DNA of 39,256 bases. Source: Sediminibacterium sp. Its GTDB lineage: Bacteria; Bacteroidota; Bacteroidia; Chitinophagales; Chitinophagaceae. Below the pieces are notes generated by a model. It was not told the DNA's origin and did no database searches. It worked only from the letters and a program-made list of their open reading frames with translations. Shown piece after piece: positions 36,645-39,256 of the stretch (positions within the stretch are counted from its first letter, which is position 1; every line of letters begins with the position of its first letter). The stretch is taken from contig JBIIRN010000001.1 of NCBI GenBank assembly GCA_044341525.1, positions 1 through 39,256 on the forward strand, in the 5' to 3' direction. A program made the translations under genes and the position numbers.

Positions 36645-37802
36645 TTATTTCTGGGTAATTCTGCCGCCTTGCTTTTCCCCATATGAAAGCGCATTGGAAT
36701 TTTGTTCGAGCCAACGGGTAACTATCCGGGGGAAAGGAAGGGATTTCAATTCAGTTAGAGTCATTTGACGGTAGGAAGCTAAAAATGATGCTGTGCGGTA
36801 TAATTTCACCTGAATGAATACCGCCCTGATTTCCCGGTGGGTGAGAACCTGGGTTTGCTGGTCGGAAATCTGTTGGATCTTGTAACGTCGGATTCCCTGC
36901 TGTTCAAGCCATTCTTCGACCATGGCCGGGCTCCATTCCATGGCTCCTTCAGTTTCCACCGCATAAAATTCGTTCAGGTGTTGCCAAATATCCTTGCTGG
37001 TTCTTTCCCTTACAAAAAATTTCCCCTGGTATTCAAAAATGAAATAGGCAAACCAGCGAATCTTTTTCATCACTGCTTTTTCCTTTACCGGCAATTGATA
37101 TACCCGACCCTGCTGTCTGGCAGCACATTTTTTTTCCAATGGACAATGACCACAGATGGGTTGTTGAGGCAAACAAACAGTAGCGCCGAAATCCATAATT
37201 GCCTGGTTATAGGTACCCGGTTCTTTTTTATGCAGCAGGATGTTGGCCAGTTCGGTAAAACTTTTTTTGCCAGAGGTGCTGTCAATCGGGGTGTTGATAC
37301 CAAAGAAGCGGGCCAGTACCCGAGTAACATTCCCGTCAACTACCGCGTGTGGCAACTGAAATGCGAAAGAGGAGATAGCAGCTGCAGTATAGGGTCCAAT
37401 TCCGGGTAGTGCCAACAAATCTTCATAGGAAGCAGGGAATTTTGCCTTGTATTCTTTCACCAGGATGCGGGCAGTTCGCAACATATTTCTGCAACGGGAA
37501 TAGTAGCCGAGACCTTCCCAGAGTTTGAAAACATCAGCATCTTTGGCGGCAGCCAGTTGTTGGAGGGTTGGATAGGCCTTGAGAATGGTTAGGTAGTAAT
37601 TCCAGCCCTGTGCTACACGGGTCTGTTGAAGGATGATCTCACTCAGCCATATTTTGTAGGGGTCACGGATGCCCTTCCAAGGCATTTCCCGTTGGTTATC
37701 TCGTCGATGCCAAAGTAGCAGTAGCTTGACAAAATATGGCCCATCGGAATGCTTTGAAACTAGCTTTTTGGGTGGAATAAGTGAACTCCGACCGATTGTC
37801 AT
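36645..37802 (-). CDS. mutY: A/G-specific adenine glycosylase
   Basis: PYKIWLSEIILQQT, WEGLGYYSR, LPGIGPYTA, VDGNV, Fe-S motif CLPQQPICGHCPLEKKC. Exact start uncertain. Confidence 0.95.
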   Translation of the reverse strand: MTIGRSSLIPPKKLVSKHSDGPYFVKLLLLWHRRDNQREMPWKGIRDPYKIWLSEIILQQTRVAQGWNYYLTILKAYPTLQQLAAAKDADVFKLWEGLGYYSRCRNMLRTARILVKEYKAKFPASYEDLLALPGIGPYTAAAISSFAFQLPHAVVDGNVTRVLARFFGINTPIDSTSGKKSFTELANILLHKKEPGTYNQAIMDFGATVCLPQQPICGHCPLEKKCAARQQGRVYQLPVKEKAVMKKIRWFAYFIFEYQGKFFVRERTSKDIWQHLNEFYAVETEGAMEWSPAMVEEWLEQQGIRRYKIQQISDQQTQVLTHREIRAVFIQVKLYRTASFLASYRQMTLTELKSLPFPRIVTRWLEQNSNALSYGEKQGGRITQK

Positions 37803-37953
37803 ATCATTTTTATTATATATTTGATCGGTTTTTTAGGGATGACCGGATGAAAAGGATTTTTTTTCCTATGAAAATAAAATATTATCTTAACGTGTCTTTT
37901 TAGAAAATTTTAACGTATTTTAGGTTCATAGCCATTTTCAAAAAAATTCTTAT

Positions 37954-38244
37954 ATGAGAAAATCAGATTTGATCAATCAAATTTCAGATAAAACTGGCAT
38001 TCCAAAGGTGGATGTTTTGGTCACTTTAGAAACCATGTTCAAAGAAGTTAAAGATAGTCTTTCCAAGGGCCAAAACATTTACATTCGGGGTTTTGGAAGT
38101 TTTATCACTAAGAAGAGAGCTGCTAAAATAGGCAGGAACATAAAGAAGAATGTAGCGGTAGAGATACCGGAGCATTTTATTCCCGCTTTCAAGCCGGCAA
38201 AAGAATTTATCAGCGAAGTGAAATCAAAGCACAAGCCGGGTTAA
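37954..38244 (+). CDS. HU/IHF family DNA-binding protein
   Basis: MRKSDLI, IRGFGSF, R.AK.GRN, PAFKP. Confidence 0.95.
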   Translation: MRKSDLINQISDKTGIPKVDVLVTLETMFKEVKDSLSKGQNIYIRGFGSFITKKRAAKIGRNIKKNVAVEIPEHFIPAFKPAKEFISEVKSKHKPG

Positions 38245-38260
38245 CTTTGCCCAAAAAAAA

Positions 38261-39109
38261 GTGAAGAAATACCAGCTGTCGCTTGTCGCAGTAGCAGTAG
38301 TCATTTTGTTATCCCTGTTTTTCTTTGGGAAAACGCATCTCCCCTCTATCAATCAACCCAGTACCGAGGAAATGACCGGCAATGGTCATCATGCTGCTCA
38401 AACCACGGAATTATTAAGCGCCTCAAAGAGTCGGCTCAGCAATTCCCAACAACAATATTTGCAAAACATTGAAAACCAGCTAAATAAAGGTGTTCCCCCC
38501 CAAGAGAAGATACATCTCTTGCACCAACTATCTCGCTTTTGGGCTGATTCTGCTGACAATTTTCTGCTGTATGCATTTTATAATGGAGAAGCTGCTAAGT
38601 TGGAAAATTCTGAAAAAAGCCTCACCTTTGCCGCCCGGCAGTTTCTAAATGAGATGTTGAATGCACAGGAAGCGTCGGAAAGGCAACATTGGCTGGCCGA
38701 AAATGCCAAAGATCTTTTTGATAAGGCGTTGATAATCAATCCGAAAAATGATTCCAACCGAATAGGTAGGGGGGCGTGTTTCATTTTTGGGGAATTATCT
38801 GACAACCCGATGGAAGGTATCCTTTCCATTAAAGAGATTGCCGATCGGAATCCGGATAACCTGTATGCACAGATGATGCTGGCACTCGGAGGACGAAAAA
38901 GCAGGCAGTATGATAAAGCGATAGAAAGATTATTGATTATCGTGCAAAAAGAGCCGGAGAACATGGAGGCCATTTTCCAACTGGCAGAATGCTATGAATT
39001 AAATGGCAACCAGCAGGAAGCGGTGAAGTGGTACGAAGATTTAAAACGTCAGATTAAAATACCGGCAATCAGAGATGACCTGGATAAAAGAATCAGACAA
39101 TTAAAATAG
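38261..39109 (+). CDS. Membrane-anchored tetratricopeptide-repeat protein
   Basis: N-terminal hydrophobic helix and C-terminal TPR-like units (QYDKAIERL...EPEN.EA.FQLAECY). GTG start. Confidence 0.8.
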   Translation: MKKYQLSLVAVAVVILLSLFFFGKTHLPSINQPSTEEMTGNGHHAAQTTELLSASKSRLSNSQQQYLQNIENQLNKGVPPQEKIHLLHQLSRFWADSADNFLLYAFYNGEAAKLENSEKSLTFAARQFLNEMLNAQEASERQHWLAENAKDLFDKALIINPKNDSNRIGRGACFIFGELSDNPMEGILSIKEIADRNPDNLYAQMMLALGGRKSRQYDKAIERLLIIVQKEPENMEAIFQLAECYELNGNQQEAVKWYEDLKRQIKIPAIRDDLDKRIRQLK

Positions 39110-39145
39110 AAAACAATAATTTATTCATAAAAAAATACTCACTGT

Positions 39146-39241
39146 ATGCCTTGTGGTAAAAAAAGAAAGCGTCATAAAATTGCTACGCATAAGCGCAAAA
39201 AACGCTTGAGGAAGAATCGTCATAAGAAGAAGAACAAATAA
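39146..39241 (+). CDS. Small basic ribosomal protein bS22-like (31 aa, MPCGKKRKRHKIATHKRKKRLRKNRHKKKNK); absent from the ORF track
   Basis: Hand translation from ATG 39146 to TAA 39241. Closely resembles the Bacteroidota bS22 (AURKAIP1/mS38-related) sequence MPSGKKRKRHK.ATHKRKKR as I recall it. Confidence 0.88.
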   Translation: MPCGKKRKRHKIATHKRKKRLRKNRHKKKNK

Positions 39242-39256
39242 TTTTTCCTTGGTTGC

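Overview
A 39 kb chromosomal segment from a Bacteroidota organism, most consistent with Chitinophagaceae (gldD/gldE, TAnnTTTG-type -7 promoter boxes, CTAA-N5-TTAG SOS boxes, bS22-like peptide; taxonomy is inferred). From left to right it contains: a 5'-truncated dihydroorotase; a structured repeat region built from degenerate copies of the 3' half of the neighbouring tRNA-Arg(CCG); a carotenoid cluster (crtI-crtB-idi-crtD-cruF-crtZ-crtY) behind a B12-binding CarH/LitR-type regulator and an ECF sigma factor; rfbBCA; a probable amino-sugar/peptidoglycan salvage locus (APC permease, AmgK-RapZ(C) fusion, MurU-like protein, hexapeptide acetyltransferase, NagX-like protein); a thioredoxin-DUF4266-DUF3570 module; an SOS umuDC-like cassette whose UmuD lacks both catalytic residues; a stand-alone C-terminal half of carB; and core genes (comEC, purH, lutB, gldDE, mutY, HU) ending in an unannotated 31-aa bS22-like ribosomal protein gene. 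No transposase, integrase or CRISPR array was seen. All calls come from reading motifs by eye; no database search was run.
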